A stretch of DNA of 63,894 nucleotides, the filler included, from Perkinsus olseni (Eukaryota): NCBI GenBank assembly GCA_013115125.1. It is 9 parts of 9 records of this genome, joined end to end, with 100 filler letters (N's around TTAATTAATTAA, not from the genome) between each part and the next. Parts side by side here need not be neighbours in the genome. Positions count along the whole stretch, not along the records: positions 56,975 to 63,894 come from JABANN010001056.1; 8 more parts are not named here. One strand, given 5' to 3'. Both the position numbers and the translations under genes were made by a program. The notes beneath the pieces are model-generated. The model was not told the DNA's origin and did no database searches. It saw nothing but the letters and a program-made list of their open reading frames with translations. Position 1 is the first letter of the stretch. Each line of letters begins with the position of its first letter. Positions 60,471 through 63,894 of this stretch are shown piece by piece.

Positions 60471-62459
60471 TAGTCTATCTAAATCTACGCCAAACTCTTC
60501 CGTAAACCGTTCTACAAATTGGGATAAAACGGTAATGCGTAATTTCCTCCAACGATGTGGCGGGTTACAACGTTCATACGCGTAAATTTTTCCGACTCAA
60601 GCGCTGATTGTTAAAACGTTCATCGAGATGTTCGGAGACATCAACCCCGAAGATCTCGGAATGTATTTTGCCCTTTTTTACTGAAACTTCAGTACTAGGC
60701 CTTCGTAACGAAAAAAGCGGAGCTCGGCACAAAGTCTCGGGTTCGAACCCCATCCCGGGCTTTTTTCCGGATTTTTTCAGGCTCATCTACAACGGTCCAC
60801 GACGGTTTTGCTCGGTAGAACGGGGATGAGAGCGATTTTGTATTTTTTATAGAATATACAAACCGCGTACTTTCGAATGGTATGTGTCTCGCGAGTTGAA
60901 TCGACATAGCCGCGGAGAAATAATTTGAACGAACGAACGAACGAACGCACAAAAAAGCGCAGGCGAAGTGACACTATATGCTCCGCTCGCTTCGCTCGCT
61001 CCGCAACTACAGATGACTTAATAAGTCAGACTTATAGTCGGAGTTGTAGGATGACTAATGCTCCTTTAACTAATCGTGCATTCGTCCAACAACAACGATA
61101 GTCTATACTTTAATAACTCGACGGTCATCGTTTGTGTTAGGTCTCTGAATTCGTGTAGCCAGAACGTACGAAACTGGGACCGTCTTGCCATGATTCACAT
61201 TATGTGATTCACACATCAACCCTACGAGTGAGATCGAGCTTGGCTCGGCCACTACGGTCCCCACTGTTTCCCAGCCTAAAGATCGCACCTCAGAATCAAA
61301 GACCGCATCACATCGACTGTGCTATCAGCAGGACCTGGCCGCTTCCAGGGCGTCTCGAGTGAGAAGGTACTTGCAGTTTAGCCTCGATATCGTGAGCCTA
61401 GGCAGTTCGCACTGCCACACCAGCCTTTGAGTTACCGATGCTATCTTTGGAAGGTGTATACACCAGCTTCAGTATGGCCTTCAGCCTGCTGCCCAGACGC
61501 CTCATCACGAGACGGTTTAACGCGCAGCCGGAGTCGCAATTGTGGGTCGATCAATCGCCTTCGTGATGCCGACAAGGTCGGCTTCAAACCTCCTAACTTC
61601 ATCCGCCTAAATTCACCGCGACCCCTCCCCATTGAAGCTCTCAAGGACGTATACTTACTATGTCAGTCCAATTGGGTCTTTCGAGAGGTTTTGATCTACG
61701 AGAGGCTGATATATCCCCTATGCTCATTTCGCCCAATTTCATCTCAATCGCAGTTTCGTTACTGGTGTGAACATGCGCACAAGCGCGAACGAGCTATAGA
61801 ACTCCGCAGCGAAGCGACGGGTTCTGCTAACTTGTGTCAACGACTCGACTCAAAACTTATTCCCAGGTTTCACGGACGTTAACCCATAGCCCTATACACG
61901 GCCCGCGTAAGGACCGCCCGAGAAGGTATGACCAGTAGCACAGAGCCTCAGCTGATATGATAATTGCGGGGTCAGTTTCACATTGGCTGCTGATGGATGG
62001 CTTGTTGACTGAGCAGCGATGCTGCCAGCAACGTCTCGTGGGGGTCGTCAGTGGCGACTCGTCACGGCTCTCGAGTTGAGGGGTGTGGATTTAATTCATG
62101 AATTGGGCCCACTGGACATCTATGCTGGTAAAGAAGAGAAGTTTGAGACGCAAGTTATCGTGGAAACGCATATGAGGAGGTTGTATGAGGATGTGCATTG
62201 ACATGGACGTGCCACTACCGGTCACCAGGAAGGGGGACGCACCTCCGACGTGCCACGTCGTGCGTATGTGTCAAGTTCGGTCTATACTTTGTAGCCGGCC
62301 GCCCACCGGCGGGGGCGACGCGTATAGGCCTAAGAGTGATGAATGAATCGGCCATGGACGCAGCTGTCGACTGACAGCCGACACTGCTCAAATATTGGAT
62401 GTCTTGAAGTCTCCTGCGGATCACTACCCGTATGCGGATAGTCCCCTGTTGAACCTGTT

Positions 62460-62516
62460 GAACCGGCTCGGGCCGGTTTCGAACAGGGCCTGTTCGAAAC
62501 CGGCCCGAGCCGGTTC
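62460..62516. repeat. Perfect palindrome, 28-bp arms, 1-nt centre, with an internal hairpin in each arm
   Basis: gaaccggctcgggccggtttcgaacagg-g-cctgttcgaaaccggcccgagccggttc. Confidence 0.95.
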
Positions 62517-62889
62517 TTTGTTTTTTTGCGGAAGATCTGCAACCTTGTTTGAATCACCACCGTTCTTGCTCAACAATTCTTCTGGCTGAACGAGCGAGTC
62601 TGCTATGCTTGATTATTGCCATCTTGCTTGGATTCAATTCAATGGATTGGCACCATCACCCACCAATCGCATCTATCAGCTCCTTCACTGTAACGCTCGA
62701 CGATACCACATGATGGGAAGATAAACTTAGTCGTGAGCATGTCGATTCCTCCAACCACGGGACTGTCAGTGACAGTCTGTCACGCACTGTCCTCCGTGCT
62801 GGCCTTTTCGATTGATCCCTCACGGAGATGCATTGTCTGTTCCCCGAGCGCAGCGAGGGACATGGTCCCTCTGACTAAGAGCTAGAGAA

Positions 62890-62920
62890 CCCCCGGAACG
62901 AAGCGACGGGTTCTGCTAGT
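62890..62920 (+). mobile_element. Helitron-like 3' terminus
   Basis: GC-rich imperfect hairpin ccccggaacgaagcgacggg, then ttctg and CTAG followed by T. A related copy lies at about 61790-61830. Confidence 0.4.
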
Positions 62921-63894
62921 TGAAACTAACGTTCCAAGGTTTCAAGTAATCTCAACTGGAGGGTGAGTCCGAAGGACTTGAATAAACGTACCGCTTCTCG
63001 TCCCCGTAGTGAAACGATCGGCCCTTAGTTTTTAGGAGTTAGTTGTTGCGTCCCAAAAGGACACAAATGATGAAGTCTCGACAATTGTGTAGATTGTCTC
63101 CTTTTTCCCCATTCTGATGTCCTCGGAACACTCTGTGGGTGGCTTAAGTATCCTTAGCTAGTATGCTAGCTGTGATTCAATCATTAATCATTAAGTAAAG
63201 CTGTAATTACGTATTACATTGGTGGTTATCATGTACCACCTACGTCGTTATATATAGTGGTAGAGAGCGGGTATTCTCTATCATCGTGGTTATTGATATT
63301 GTTATTACTACAAGTCTGGATCAGTGTTTCCAGTTGTTAATCTGGAAGACCGTGGAATATATTTTCCGAAAGGGTTCACAGAAGGCGATCAACATAGTGC
63401 AACTCCTAGTTTCAGAAAGGAGTTAGTGAAAGAGGCCTTATGTTTCCCTCTCCTTGAGAAGCTCATGAGCTATGTAAGAAATACAGCGCGAGGGTGCGAC
63501 CACCTCAACGTCCCGAGGTGCCTTGCGATCGAAGCCAGCCCAGCCTACACAAGCGAGGTTGCATCATCTGGCCGATGAAGGCAGTGGATGTCAACGATAA
63601 CACTGCCAAGACAGCCCTCATTAGCGTTAGTGGCAGCACTGTCACCCTGGCACTTGAACTCGAACATTTAATGCAATCGCCACGAGTGATGTATTGAAAC
63701 AGGCTGTTTCAAACAGCACGAAAGTCGAGACCGGGAAAGGGAGCCCTCTCGGACAGCGAACCATGCAACAACGTAGGTAAAAGTTGTTGATGACTTCGTG
63801 AAAAAGGGGGATAGACCAGGTTAGTGCACGACTAAGACATTTCAAATTTCACATTTGCAAGGCTATCGAATAGCCGCTATTCTACGATGCCTTA

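Overview
This window is not one continuous locus. It is nine unplaced contigs of about 7 kb each, joined by identical artificial 100-nt spacers (44 N + TTAATTAATTAA + 44 N) and ordered by decreasing length, so gene neighbourhoods are only meaningful within a contig. The DNA is eukaryotic, with many 40-60 nt GT-AG introns. Gene content and style suggest an alveolate protist, most likely Perkinsus (inference). Recognisable genes are a spliced MULE/Mutator transposase, a makorin RING-CCCH E3 ligase, an OST3/OST6 subunit, CCDC40, a GT13 GlcNAc-transferase, SAS6L, an MFS sugar porter, dynein light chain LC8 and a cytosolic carboxypeptidase (M14, AGBL type). Much of the rest is lineage-specific secreted families in tandem arrays, minisatellites, tRNA-like relics and perfect palindromes. 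I cannot demonstrate a new biological system. The best leads are a mosaic secreted double-domain family with a conserved internal RxLR, a propeller-mucin-CKYW surface protein family, long perfect palindromes with a 1-nt centre, a GT13 with unusual accessory domains and a candidate structured ncRNA.
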